Positions 10,385 through 23,768 are shown, numbered from the stretch's first letter. The stretch: DNA of 64,000 nt from Dicyema japonicum (GCA_011109175.1 RDEW01000018.1:1103222-1167221); one strand, 5' to 3'. Translations and numbers: made by a program. The notes: generated from the sequence alone by a model not told the origin.

Positions 10385-13153
10385 AATCACGCTGCTTGCA
10401 TTGAACCGTTTGACCCTACTTTTGTAGCAGATCCTGATGAAGCTCTGAAACTGGTCTCTCGGACGCGCTCGGACGTGACCATTCCTGTGAAGATCCCCAA
10501 AGGTGCGAGAACTGCTGTTGCCGAGGCTCTGATCTCCACCATCAAGGATGTTTTGAAGCCTGACGCCGTTTCTTCGGAATGGGTCAAATTTTTCCTTTTC
10601 CCGTCACTCACTCTTGGGATCAGAAGACCAACGGAAGCATCCACTTCTCTCGCAACGAATATCAAAAAGAGAGTTAGACTGTTTCTAAATGAACATAAAA
10701 TGTCACTTACTGCTTTAAAATCAACTCAAATTGCACCCCGGAGTTCAAAGCGTCCGAAAACGGAGGAACTTCGCTTAATAAAGAAACTAATCAGGATGAA
10801 ACTTATGGAAGGCGATATTCGCGGTGCTGTACGGCTATTAGTTTGTGATCCTGGGACACTTAAAAACACCCTGAAACGCTCATGTCTTTACGAGAAAAAC
10901 ACCCCGGATCCCCCGAAGACTTGAGAACTATAAAACCTTTCCACGAGGAACAATTGCTCGCCTCTAACGAAGATATAATCACCTCCCTGCGTTCATTTCG
11001 TCCTAGTAGTGGAGGTGGTATTGATGGCTTGAGACCCGGTCACCTACGTGATCTCACAGCTCCAATGATGGGATCTGTCGGAAAGGATCTTTCGAATGTT
11101 ATTTGCGAACTGATCAACAAAATTCTTTCTGGATGTTTGTCTCCTTTCGGTCGAGATATGTTATTTTCTGCTAATCTTGTTGCTCTCCGAAAGCCTGACG
11201 GCGGTGTCAGACCGATTGCTATTGGAAACGTGTTCAGGAGACTTGCAGCTAAAGTCGCTTGCTTTTCTGGGGTTCAAAGATTACTTCCTATTTTCAGTCC
11301 TATACAGATGGGCGTTGGAGTTCGTGGCGGTGCAGAGGCTTGTGTCCACGCAGTGAGGAGTTTTTTCACGTCGTCGTCCGAATGCAAAGAGGACGTTGTT
11401 GTCTGCAAAGTAGATCTTAAGAACGCATTTAATTCCATAAGGAGAGATCATTTATTGGAGTTATGCCAAAAAAATTTACCACATATTTGGGAGATTGTTC
11501 GCCTTTCATATTCTAATCCATCATCATTGGTTTTCCACGATGCCATCATTAAATCACGAACTGGTGTTCAACAAGGCGACCCACTTGGACCTCTTCTCTT
11601 TGCTTTGGGGATCCAGGAGTAGCCGCATGCTTAAAATCACCTTTAAATTTATGGTATTTGGATGACGGAATCATTGGTGGACATCCAGATACAGTTTTGG
11701 AGGACGTGCGTCGTTTGATATCTGAATTCGAAGCGATTGGCCTTTCTGTCAACAAGGCCAAATGTGAATTAATCAAGATCAATTTGAGTCCCGATCTGAC
11801 TACTTTCTACAATGACCAGTTTAAATACACTCTCGAAAATTATGCATCGGTTCCAGTTGGGGAGTCTCTGTTCCTCGGTTCTCCTATATTCGAAGACCAA
11901 ATTGTGGACGTGTTTAAAGAAAGGACAATAGAGCTCGGTACTTTTGAGACCCGTTTGCGGCATGTTGACAACCATATTGCCCTCTTCCTATTGAGAAACT
12001 GCTTGTCCATTCCAAGATTAAACTATTTACTAAGGACTGCACCATGTTATAAGTGTGATTCCCTTTTAATGGAATACTCTGATTGCCTCAAAAGATGTAC
12101 TGAATTCGTACTTAACGTTTCTCTTGACACCCTGGATGGATACAGACTCAATTACCGATATCATTGGGTGGAATCGGTCTTACTACTCCCTGCCAAATTG
12201 CTGGCCCGGCGTATTTTGCCTCAAAACTTTCATGCAAAAACCAAGTGGACTCAATTCTTTCAAAGCTTCCATCTCGGAAACTGTCCAATGACTTGGTTGA
12301 ATACATGGACGTGTGGCGAGTGAAGGGCTTAGCGAGCCGCGTAACCAGACCAACAATCGTCTTGGATGATCCATAGATGGAATGCTCTGGCATCCAACCT
12401 AGTCAGCCGGCTCTCTGGACATCGCCTGGATTGTTTCCAAAATTCGAGGGAGGCGGTTGATGGATCTTGGCTTGGGGTTTACCCATGTCAAGAAGTTGGT
12501 GGATTGTTGGATGATGACTCACTTCGTACAGCTGTATGTCTACACCTCGGATTGCCTGTTTGCACCAAATCGAAGTGCAAATGTGGCTGTCTATCGGACG
12601 AACTGGGTCTCCACCTCCTCTCATGCCGGAGCGGAATTGGCAGATCTTCTCGACATTCGGCAATGAACGGCATCATTAAGAGGGCATTAGAATCGGCTGG
12701 ATTCCGTTGCCGGATCGAACCGACTGGTCTATTTGACAACGGAAGACGCCCTGACGGCATGACCTCCTTTCCTTTTGAGCGAGGGCGAAACCTTGTATGG
12801 GATGTGACCTGTGTCTGCTCTTTCGCCCCAAGCAAAAAAAATATTCACCGGGCAGACCTTCTTCTCAAGCAGAGGAAGTAAAAATGCTAAATATCGGATA
12901 TCAGCGACAGGTACATTTTCGCACCTGTCGCGATTGAAACTTCGGGGAACTTTGGCCCTAAAACGCTGAAGTTCCTGAACCATTTGGAAAACTACTAACT
13001 GACAAAACTGGTGATCTTCGTGAGACGAGATGGCTCAAGGAGAGGCTCTCGTTGGCTGTTGTCCGTGGGAATAGCTTGTGCATCTCCCAACAGCTGAATT
13101 AAAATTAACTATTCTTTTTCCAATAAAATTTAAAATAAAAAAAAAAAAAAAAA
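10385..13153 (+). mobile_element. Long 5'-truncated CRE-clade non-LTR retrotransposon (RT + CCHC + restriction-like endonuclease) with poly(A) tail
   Basis: KIPKGAR, GGIDGLRPGHL, DGGVRPIAIGNVFRRL, KVDLKNAFNSI, GVQQGDPLGPLLF, WYLDDG, HLLSC..RH, RRPDG, VWDVT, IETSGNFG; A-run at 13137-13153; broken mainly by single-base deletions. Confidence 0.93.
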
Positions 13154-13211
13154 TTAATTTAATTAATGACAGCTTGTTTTGTCTATTAATTCGTTTTGGC
13201 AATACTTGTAA

Positions 13212-14711
13212 ATGGAAGAAGATGAGGCAATAAAGTCGACTGAATTGCTGTCATATAAAGTTAAGTAGCCTTATTATTTTAGGTTACTTCTCCAATCACT
13301 CTCTCATCTGTTGCCGCCATGCATGGACCACTCCTCAGAGAATAGCTCACTTAAACCGAATTACTTCGACTTATGTCTTCCCCGGACAGACTCTCATTAT
13401 CAGAAAGCCATGTTCTATCACCCAAGAATCCCAAAAAGTGGACCAACCAGATAACCATGCTGTGAGACACTCTATGCACATCAAGGATCCGATCCTCTTC
13501 GAATCAAAGGCTAGACACATTACTGCAGACCTGGTTGGGTTTAACACTAACATTGGGCTGTGCCGCTGGGAATTTAATTGTTACAGTGAATAATATGTAT
13601 TTCGACGCAGAATTGGATGACGTTCATGCTTGAATCACGGAGTTGAGATATTTCACATTGAAGAAGCTGTTTCCAACCTCGTTTCCCTCTCTTCTTTTTC
13701 AAATTTACCTGAAGGTACGTTATTATTATGCGAGATTAGCCATCAGGGGTTATCACTTCATCACATAATGTATATTTTAGTATTTATGTAGGATATTACT
13801 TCCCCCGTGTTGGATCCACCCGGTATATTCGGTCTCTTACCTTTAGCAGAGCTAATATATATTCGGCTCAGATTTATGGGTACTGACGCTTCCGTGGCAA
13901 ACGAATTTTGGCTTGAGATTAACCTCCCAATGTATTTTTTTGTTTAATTTCAGAGGATTTGAGTTTCAGAGACATCTGCTTTTGTCGGCAAACTCTTCGA
14001 CCTCAGTTGCCCCACAAAGTCACTGAAGACTATCAGAGTTGGTTCTAAAACGACGAGTCTCTTTAAAAATGAGTCCGCGATATCCGATTACTATTACACT
14101 GACGTCGTCTCTGCCTCCTCATTCGAAAGAGCACAAATAAATAAGGTCATTTTATGCTATAATGTAGATTTTTATTCACGTGCCTCCTCGTGTTTGTTGT
14201 GAGAATTGGAAGGTGATCTTTTCTACTCATAATGATGGATATTCCCTTATGCGACTGATCAGGGCTTACGGAGAGTTTGAGTGCCCTTCTCTACTTGTAA
14301 TCCAGGACACTCATAATAAGGTACCTTTAATGGGAGAATGTGGGTCTTTGGAATTTATCTGTCTCACCCTCTGAGACCATGTAAGTCGTTTTATGGTACG
14401 GGAGAGACTTATTTGTTTAGCTTTCATCCAACTTTTAGGGTTTATTAGTGTTATTGTAGATCTTCCGATGGTCAGGGGGAATTATTATTTCATTAAGTGC
14501 AGTAACGATGAACTCATATTTGGAATGTCAGAGTGGGTTGTTTGTTGGAATTGGTAGTGGGTTCTACGGACTGTGGATTGACAATGATCTTTGTAATGGG
14601 ACTACGATACCTTGCAGGACTTTTGACAGTGAATGTCTCACGGTTTCTTCTGATTTTGTCATCAAAAACCTTGAGATATGGAGTTTCTCTTCTATGCGTG
14701 ATTACTTTTAG
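13212..14711 (+). CDS. OXR1: Oxidation resistance protein OXR1/NCOA7 family (LysM-GRAM-TLDc), many micro-introns, at least two -1 frameshifts in this sequence
   Basis: LysM YKVTSPITLSSVAAMHG[T]TPQRIAHLNR..VFPGQTL; GRAM GNLIVTVNNMYFD; TLDc WKVIFSTHNDGYSL, FYGTGETYLF, YGLWID and FVIKNLEIWSF. Middle exons not fully resolved. Confidence 0.88.
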
Positions 14712-15849
14712 CTTTTAAAATGTCTTATGCCCTTATATTGAGTGAAAGTCAATTAAATTGCCATAAAAATTAAACTGCGACCTAATATTTGACCTAAAAA
14801 TGAAAAGCTATTTAATTTTTATTTGCTAAAACACAAAATTAGATATATTTACTGCTTATCAGTCTAAATCACCGTGTGAAAAAATTAAAACTGATTGGCG
14901 TTATAAAAATAGAAGACACGAGTCCCCCTTTTCGGAGGAAAAGCGAAATTTTTAATTTTGTCTAAAAACGTAATTGGTGTTGCAAGGGACAAAAAACTTG
15001 TGTACTGACTGTTGCAGTATTATTATTACTTGCAGAATTACTGGGTCAAAGTGAATGAAATAAAAATTCTCAACCAAGTGATTTCAGACCGACAAGGGAC
15101 GAGTTCGGCGGGATTGTGAATCCTGTACAACTTTTTTCATTCCCCTAAGTACGGGGTGTCAAACATGCGGACCTTGACAAGCATAAGTGCATCCCGATTT
15201 AAAGGCTATAAAACACAAAAAATCTTACAAGAGACAAAGAATGCTATTGGATACGAACCTTTGGAAACTACCGGATTATTTTACTCCCATCAGACAATCG
15301 TCATGACCCCGTAATAAGAGAATTGTCGGAACAGCAGAAGGAAACACGTTCGAAACTGGAAAGTTCAAATTCAAACGAACTAACTCCTCGATACTGACTC
15401 GTTCCAGCATTCCAGAACTTGTCATCAGGTAACTACGTTGTCCCCGGGGAAGTATTGTTAGATCCTCTTGATGCCGGCAGGCATTGGGCGCCTCCTCAGT
15501 AAGGTGGCTCCAGTGACGCCATCGGAAGGAAAATAATTTTGAAAAACTATCCACGTAGCTCCACATGGCGCCATGAGATTTTTAAAACTCTTGTTGCCTG
15601 AAGAGTTTTATGTTAACCTAGGTTCTAGTTGTAATACATTGGACAAGTTAGAGGAATGGGGCTAATTACTGGATCTTTCATTAGAAAAATGTGTGAAATG
15701 TGAAGGGAATTTAAAATACGCATAAAAATAGACAGAAAAAGACAAAGTACTTCAGGCTTTGTATAAAATGTTGAAATGAAACAGGCCTTTATAATAATAG
15801 CTTTTTTCCTATCAATAGGAGAATGGTGAAAACTAGTCAATTAGAAGGA

Positions 15850-16295
15850 AATAATGGACATGGGGAGACCGAGAGCAGACCCACAGTTATAAACTGGTCA
15901 AACTTCGAAAAGGACTGAGAGAGTTGTAGAAATCGATGAGAGTCTAGGAGAGGGAGAAAGGAAAATCATCAGGAAAAGATGCTGATAGGTGATCTCATTA
16001 AGGGCGACCGGATGAAAAATCTTGAAATAACTTTGTAGAGAGGATTGACGGCCCTTGAGTGTTCGGTATGATCCAGCGTGGAACAAGACGGAAAAAACTC
16101 TTTTATGTATTAAATAGAAAGGGGGAACTTTACTACCTATCCTAAAAGAGAATGTGGATAGTGAAACGGCTATTTATAGTGATAAATGGGCTGCTTATGC
16201 TACTTTAAAACAAGCAATTGCAAGTCATGGCTGGGTAATGGTTAATTTTATTGACCCCAATGACAGTAATATTCAAACAAATCGAATTAAAATAT
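15850..16295 (+). mobile_element. Merlin/IS1595-like (ISXO2) DDE transposase relic
   Basis: VVEIDES, VFGMIQRG, TLLPILKENV...IYSDKWAAY and NFIDP motifs, interrupted by stops and frameshifts. Confidence 0.8.
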
Positions 16296-16429
16296 GACTG
16301 CTCATTTACTATAATTGTTTAAGGGCACTATTAGTGCTTAGTGGGTATTACACTGCACAGTACCATAGTTTTTCTCCTTTTGCAACGTTTTACATTTTCT
16401 GGCAGGAGCCTCTGAGATAAGATGATTAG

Positions 16430-18730
16430 TCACTCTTGTAACTCATCATCATAGTTATCAACTTTCAGCCAATGTCTATGCTCGATTATCATTCTCTCTA
16501 AAGTTTTTTTAAGCGTCATTGATTCGATGTACGCCCTTGTAGAGACATCCACGTTGAGTCTTTCCATATAGGACTTGTAGTACTTTGTTACTACTCCATC
16601 CCATGTCAAAACAATCGGAATTATTGTCACCTTGGCCTTGTGAATTTGTGCTAGTTCTCTTGCCAGAAGGTCGTATTTGTGGAGTTTTTCCACTTCAACA
16701 TGTTTTAGCAAATCTTGGGAAGTGATCTCTACTTCTATTAGTATTATTTCGTTTTTGCATTTATCGTGTACGAAAATATCAGGTTTGTTATTTTTAACTT
16801 GTATATCCGTTTGTAGTGTTGTATCGACTCCCATTTCAACTTTACTGTGACACAATCAATTGGACTGTATGCATCTTTACCCTCTTGGTTCTTTTTATTC
16901 CAAATTGACGACATTGTTGCAGGTGCATACATTTCCATTTCGTCATGTTGTCGCACCGCTAAGCATCCTGGTACATCGTGTAGCCAAGTGATCCACACTT
17001 TTTTGGCCATACCACAATGACTGCAATTTGCTTTCATCTCTTCAAAGAACAGATTCCGATCCTGCATCATGCAGTACATTGCTTCCGACCTTGGACTAAT
17101 GTTTCCCCAGTAAGCCATTCTGTTGATCATTGATGTCGACATTTTTTTCAAAACACTTTAATATTATTGAATGAAGCAATTTCTGATTAGCCTTCTCTAA
17201 ATAATTCTTCTTTTGATATTCCTTTATAATGTCAGTGTTCAAGTTAGATAGGTCACATTGTATTTGAGTGCAATAAATCTTGCGATAGTGGTCATAAGTC
17301 CTGCAAGATTCCTGTCCTTCGAAAACACATGGAAGATTTCCTCTCAAGGTCGGTCATCAAAAATTGAAATAACATGCATTCACTCTTATCAGGAGGTAAT
17401 CCTCTTCCAAAACTATTCTGCTGAGATATAATCTTTCTTTGTTAGCAGGTTTTAAGTGCACTCGTAAGTTGGAGGCCGGATTTCTAAATCAATAGCTTCG
17501 AATTCACGTGGTTCAATGTCGATAAGCCCAATATAATAATTATATAGCGAGAGTGCGTATTCATTGTCGCTTTAAACAAGTTTACAGTGTTTAATTTCGA
17601 ATTCGCCTATCTTTTCTTCACATTTTCAGCAATTTTTTCTATAACTTTATCTTTCATAACCTTACTCCCTTTATCTTCTAACACTCCAAGATAGCGATAT
17701 CCCTCACAACCATCCAGATAACTTGTATCTTTGGCACATTTCAGATTAGTTGCAGACTTTTCAGAGTTTCTTTTAAGGCCAACAATACCCGGATATTCAT
17801 CAATATCCTCCATCATTTTTAGAATAATATCCTCATATTCGGCAATTATTTTCAGTTCGTTAATAAAAAGAAAATGGTTAGTTGCATATGTCATAGACAA
17901 CTCTGATCAATCATATCTTCGGGAATTTTATATTTAATATTCGGCTTAGTGGGTCCATTACCAGAGAAAACAGCTGGGAAGAGAGTGAGTCTCCTTGCAC
18001 GATTCCTCTCCCGAGTTTGACCTTTCCAATTCTTTTTTGTTAAGGTTCAAAATAACATTCCACTTGCTTATTAGATTCTTGAGAAACTTCACAATCCATT
18101 CAGGCTCCAGAGCAATCAAGAACCAGACACAAAAATTCATGATTGAAAAAATCGAAAGCCTTCTTCACATCAATACATGTTGTGAATAAGCTATTTCCAT
18201 GTTCAGCATTAACACACTGATTTATTAAAGCCTGCTCATTTGCACCTTGGCATTGCCTTCTTGCTTCAAGCTGATTATCCGAGATAAGATTGAACCCTTC
18301 AATATAATCTGTAAGTTTTGTATTAACACATTTTGTGACATGTTTGTGCAATATAGGCATGCACGTAATTGGTCGTATGTCAGTCGGAGAACAGCAGTCT
18401 TCTTTTTTCGGAATGAGGTACGTAATCACAGTATAGAACCATTCTTCCGGGCAATATTCACCACTCACTATCTTTATAATCTCTCCACTCAGATAACTAT
18501 GAAGAGAATCAAACTTCTTGACAAAAAATCCATATACTCCATCACAGCAAGAGCTCTTCCAATCAGGCTTATAGTGAATAATGTTCTTAACAAACTCAAC
18601 TGTCATATCTAACGATAACTCATCTGCTCCTGTTATTCGCCACCCAACAATATTTCTGTGAGAATAATTCTGATCCTTTTCCCATAGGATTTGTTTGCAA
18701 ACTGAAAACAGACATACACACAACCACTAG
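16430..18730 (-). mobile_element. Decayed R2-group (R4/Dong-like) non-LTR retrotransposon (RT + REL endonuclease)
   Basis: WKSSCCDGVYGFF, YLIPKK..IRPITC, IDVKKAFD, YRYLGVLE, RHDE zinc motif, NNKPDIFV..LIEVEIT..KYDLLA..IIPIVLTWDG. Confidence 0.9.
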
Positions 18731-19441
18731 AACAAAAACTATAATAAATTATATTAATATTCTTTATTTAATTATTAATTTTTAAATGACTACAACATAA
18801 CTTAAATATAAAAAGTTGACATAACAAATAAAAATTGACTTTATTGTCTTTCGGTTGCCCTATTCACAAGTCTTCTAGTGACTTGACCCTTGAGAGAATC
18901 TTGATATCTTATACGTCGAATAATAATTTCCATTATGTGTATCAGGAGATCTAACAAGGGCGTGTGTTGTGGTTGTCAGTAACATACGTAAAATCATGTT
19001 AACTATCCCCCAATGCCTGCAAAGTTTCACGAGTGATCTTCTATTTTACTCAATTACGCTGGGACGATATTCGAACCTAGATCCTGAGTGGAGCCAACAT
19101 TTCCTTCGTTTAGAACTTCCGGATTCCTATGTTCGGGAGAAGGACGACAATGGTTCTCGTGGATGTTTCGTGCGGTAAAAATACATCACATTTTTAAGAC
19201 CAATTTTCCTGGTTTCCATGTCTCTGAATCCTTCTGACCATATAACTTCCTTTTCAATTGGCTTCTAACTGAATGAGTAATTTTTTAAAAAGCAGAAATA
19301 ATGGCTAGAGACAGTGAGATTGCCGCGGACAATGGCTGTTCTCAGGCTGCCAAATTATTGATTCGATGGAACTAAAGTGAAGCTTCCATAACCATATAAT
19401 TATTATCCATTAATTATTAAATTATATTAGTCTTGTTAGAA

Positions 19442-20777
19442 TTAATAGTCGTCCACTTTCAGGTCATTCCTTAAATTCATGCATTGGACCTCGTCGATGA
19501 ATATTGTGTTCTCCTTTATTGAAATTTCCTCCTCAATTCTTCTCTGGTTCTCATAAGAGTTCGTTCTGAGCATTCCAAACTGTGACAACTGCTCCCAAGT
19601 TTGCCAATAGATTCCCTCAGTTGGTAACCTCGAATAACAATCCCAGTCAACCTCTTCAATGAGTTTGTAATATGCACTGTCTCTGCACAACTCAACCTGC
19701 TGTCTTTGGTCTCTTTTTCCCATTCGAGTAATGGCCACTGTCAGAGGCTCTTCCTTTTCTTGAATTGCATTTTTCAGACATTCTATCGTTTTGTAAGTTT
19801 GCCTGATTTGATTTTTAACCTGAAATTAATTTTTGACCACCTCAAATAGTTCCGATTCAAGTTTCCCCTTCGCATTCTTGGTTTCCTCGATGGAATGCCA
19901 GAATGCCTCATTTACCGCGTTAATTTGATTTTGTATGTCACTTCTCGCCTGGGATATTATGTTTGTCACCATTAGACGAAGCTGTGCTGAGGAATATGTC
20001 TCATTTTGAGTACTCCGGATGCAACTCAGACAATCCGCATGCCAGTCCTCTACGGAATAATGACTTTGTTATAGCACATCAAACTCATCTGGTTGACGGA
20101 CCCTTAATTTCGGAGATTGGTTGCTCAAACAATTGGTAGGAATTTGACAGAGGGAGTCGATCGCTATGGCATCCTCTTTCTTGGTTATATTCAACTCCAA
20201 CTCATATTTTATTTTTTTATTTAATCTTCAATCAGGGACCAGCAAACCTTAGCTGTTCGACCACGTTTTCTAATGTCTTGTACAGTAATCCTTTCGCTCC
20301 AATTATCACGTCCGACTCCTTGTAGAGTTCTTTTTGAACGTCATCGTGAACCAAGTCGATCCCAACTCTGTCGTTTCTAAAGCTAATTGTGAATCAGTTC
20401 CTGTGCTCCAAACATTTTTGTGTGGTGCTGATTGGATCTGCAATTCTGTTGAGAGCCTTGTCGAGTCGATTCCTCACGGCCTCCATTAAATGGATTTCCT
20501 GGGAAATGGCTGTGTGCTGGTTTTTTAGTTCATCGTTCCAGTAACTCAGATCTCCCAGTCGTTGATCTCAAATATTTACATTGATCACCAAGTTTCTTGG
20601 AAACATCAGATTGGGTGTTTTCTGTATTGGCTTTAGCATCTTTGATTAGTCTGTAGGCTTCTTCCAACAAATGGTCATTCCTTGCTCTGCTATTTTCGGC
20701 CGTTCCGTGACATTTTAGGTTGTAAATTTCCCTCTCACTGTTTGTGTATGTTTGGGGGACGACACCAGTTCTGCCAT
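19442..20777 (-). CDS. TEKT1: Tektin-1-like ciliary filament protein, five micro-introns, one -1 frameshift near the start
   Basis: Reconstructed MAELVSSP[Q]TYTNSERE...SDVSKKLDQRL...RVGIDLVHDDVQKEL...QVELCRD, co-linear with tektin-1 as I recall it; introns 21-24 nt. Confidence 0.88.
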
Positions 20778-20889
20778 ATTTTGTTCCCTGGAAACAATAT
20801 TGATAATCTTAAATATAAACTTACAAAAATATAATCAAAAAATTAATAAGCTTATGTCCCTAATTTTGTATTCCTTCTAAAGCTAACCT

Positions 20890-22870
20890 TGGGGACTACA
20901 ATGAGTGTAACCCCATTATTTCCTGGATTCACCGACATCAGAAAAGACTGAGGTGGCCATTCCCCCCCCGGGATCCTGCCCTAGAAGCTATGTCCCAAAA
21001 CTGGACAAACTCCATGAAGTGGGAAATATTATATTATGTGGTGACCTCAACGCCAAACACATCCAATGGCTGACTAGTCAATCGACCGAAAAGAGAAATA
21101 GTCTAATTGTTGCTCCTTCGAAAAAAACTTCACTCGACCTGTCCATTGCCCCGCTAATTTCATGGAACGTCTCCTACGACTTCCATGGTGATCATAATCC
21201 AATTATACTAAAGTTGTGTCGATTCAAAAGCTTACCTAGGAACAAATAACCTTCAAAAACTAAGAATATAGACTGACCAAATTTCAAACTATTTGTTGAC
21301 CGTAATCTATTGGGAATTGATCCTTGCACATTTGATTCTGTCGACACGACTTCGCCCGGCAATTGTTGCACTGAATAAATGACCTCAAAATAATATATCT
21401 CATGAAATTAACTTTCAGAATACATCAATTTTTTAGTTTTGGTAGTATTCCGAGATTAGAAAACAGTTTCAAATTGAAGATGATCTTGTACTTTCCAACT
21501 TCATAACTTGTTGAAAGAATATTCAGTTCACTCGTTTATTATTTCACAAGAGCCATAATATTTATAGCCCCGCAATTGCAGCAAAAAATATAAGAGAAAA
21601 AGTTAGCTTGTTCCAGGCTATTCTGTTATTAGCCAGATACCTCAGTGTGTCCAGGTCGTGCTAATGTTTTTTACGCCTTTCAGATCGCCTTGTAAAACGA
21701 ACGGGAAGGTTGTTCTTGGTCTTCCACGAAAGCGTCTTGGAGAGATTGCATACTTCAATTTTTAATTTGTCCTCAAACACGAACGCTATTCTCACTAAAT
21801 GGAAGAACAAACACACCAAACCAAAAAAACCGAAGCCTCACCTTCATCTTACCGCCCGGTATCCCTAACCTGTTCGCTATCTCGTCTCATTGGAAAACTC
21901 GTACTTTTGAGAATTAAACCTCATTTGCCCTTTGTCACTACCAGCATGGATTCAGATCGGAACGTTCTACAACACATTTAACCTTCTTGACAGAACACAC
22001 TTAACCTCCTGACCTCCTTGACACAAGGTTTCAATAAGCCCAAACGGCATCTACGGGCAGTATTAGTCTTGTGTATAGGCCATTCAAGATCGAGATCCCG
22101 TCTCCTCCCTAATGGTGTCCCTCAGGGATCGCCCGTTTCTCCGGCGCTTATTCTTAAACGACTTACTTTGCCTGCCCTGGAGGTCCAGACTCAATTCTTC
22201 TAACATATGCTGACGATCTAATTTTTGCGAGCAGCAACAAATAAGAGGAAATGGGAAAATCAGAACTTCAGTCACACAAACGACTTTGGGGCTTGGCTGA
22301 CTTTATCCTACTTTCTATGTCCACGGAAAAATTTTAGTACACAATTTTTACCACCTACAGGAGACAAAAAGATACGTTAGAAATCGACTTTTACTGAGAT
22401 ATCATTCTAATAAAAACACACCCAAGAATACTGGGAATGAAACTGGACCTCTTACTCTCTTTCTCTCAACACGTGAAGGACGTTTTTAACGAGGAGCTTC
22501 TTGAAACTCAACATCATCATAATATTTCTAAACTCCAGGACCCAACCGTCACAGTTCTTGAAGCCAAAGATGCCCGTACCTTCCAGGATTACTGAATTTC
22601 AATTTCAAACTTATTTAAGATAAATTCCCTAAGAAGAAAAATAACCAATTTTCGGCTCAATTATTCCTTCCATTACTCCAACGTGGCTATATGGAATAAT
22701 GGTCCCGGCTACATCATTTTCTGAGGCTCGGAGTCTGATCGCTTCTACCAATCAACGAAAGAAGCCTCCGGTATACTTAAATTGAGAAAAAAGCCTACTC
22801 CTCTCCTAATTCTCATGTAAGAGAAACGTCGTGGATGAGATCGTGGTGGCTGACTAATAAAGTAGGACTC
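20890..22870 (+). mobile_element. Decayed APE-RT LINE with a nested RTE-like fragment
   Basis: IILCGDLNAKH and GDHNPII (APE); SYRPVSLTCSLSRL, GVPQGSPVSP, YADD and RILGMKLD (RT). Confidence 0.8.
21540..21790 (-). mobile_element. RTE-like LINE 3' end, related to 25690-26030
   Basis: Shares gagccataatatttatagc...gcagcaaaaaatataagaga...gtcttccacgaaagcgt with 25730-25925. Confidence 0.7.
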
Positions 22871-23299
22871 ATGAATAGAGAAAACCTCTCCGAAAACCCA
22901 TCTTTTAATAAATAAAAATTAAACTACAAAACACTAATAAGTGAACTTCATAGTAATATAGCAATGGTCCTGGGTTTGATCCCCACTCCTAGCTATTTGA
23001 TCAAAAATTCTCTTCCTATGCTCTATCCCTTTCTTCCTTGTTCATTAACACGCTACCGTGTGATCCACCCGCTTCAGATGAGTTCCAGTAATTATGATTA
23101 TGGGTGGACTTGTGCGTTTGAAAACTTGTCCCCAGCGGAACACACTTTATTAATTACTGTTTATTGTTATAAATTAAGTGACCTCGACAGCCTCAACAAG
23201 ATTTCTCATCCTTTCCTTGTGTGCCTTCTGGGATCCAACGCAGCTTCTCTGTGGGCGGGATGATTTTGAGAATAGAAATCGGAAGGGTTGATGTATTAC

Positions 23300-23430
23300 T
23301 CGATCCAAACTAACTAATCACTCGATCCTGACGCGTTCCAGCAAAACCTTCAACCAAGAACAATGATCAGAGGACGGTGTCCGGAGAGCTGTGGTTGGTT
23401 CCAGAACTCGTCGTCAGGGAACAAATGAAG
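23300..23430 (-). mobile_element. Short LINE family A 3'-end relic
   Basis: Ends ggatcgagtgattagttag; body similar to 30110-30230. Confidence 0.55.
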
Positions 23431-23575
23431 TATGGAGTTATTAAATTCCAATTAATTTAATATTTAAAAAAATAAATTTTAATTTGAGTGATTAAATTCC
23501 AATTAATTAATATTTAAAAAAATAAATTTTAAAACTCCACCGAAAAAAATAAAACTTAGCAATTAATTTTTTGAA

Positions 23576-23768
23576 ATGCAAACAAGTGAAACTTACGGAA
23601 TTGCACAAAATGTCAGGTGTATGACTATGTTTATCATAGAATGGATATTATAAAGGGGAATATTCGTTATATGCTTTATTTTGGGCTATTTGTTTCTTTC
23701 CTCTTGGAATAATTTGTTGCCTGCTAATGAAACAGAAGAAGTGCTCCTGTTGTGGAGATATTCTTTAA
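23576..23768 (+). CDS. BRI3: BRI3 (brain protein I3)-like small Cys-rich membrane protein, not in the ORF track
   Basis: With intron 23617-23639 (23 nt) and one restored A at ~23599: MQTSETYGNCTKCQNGYYKGEYSLYALFWAICFFPLGIICCLLMKQKKCSCCGDIL*, matching the CxxC...FFPLGIxCCL....CxxCG pattern. Confidence 0.75.

Noticed and set aside
15150-15172. hAT-like terminal inverted repeat (cggggtgtcaaacatgcgg)
   Set aside because: No partner repeat or transposase found.
19051-19080. LRWDDI motif suggesting a tyrosine recombinase that could drive the DDX27 inversion
   Set aside because: Followed immediately by a stop, with no catalytic R or H-x-x-R motifs nearby; too short to support.
23441-23535. ~52-bp AT-rich tandem pair (also a 37-bp pair at 27808-27880)
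   Set aside because: Ordinary slippage duplications in intergenic DNA with no further structure.
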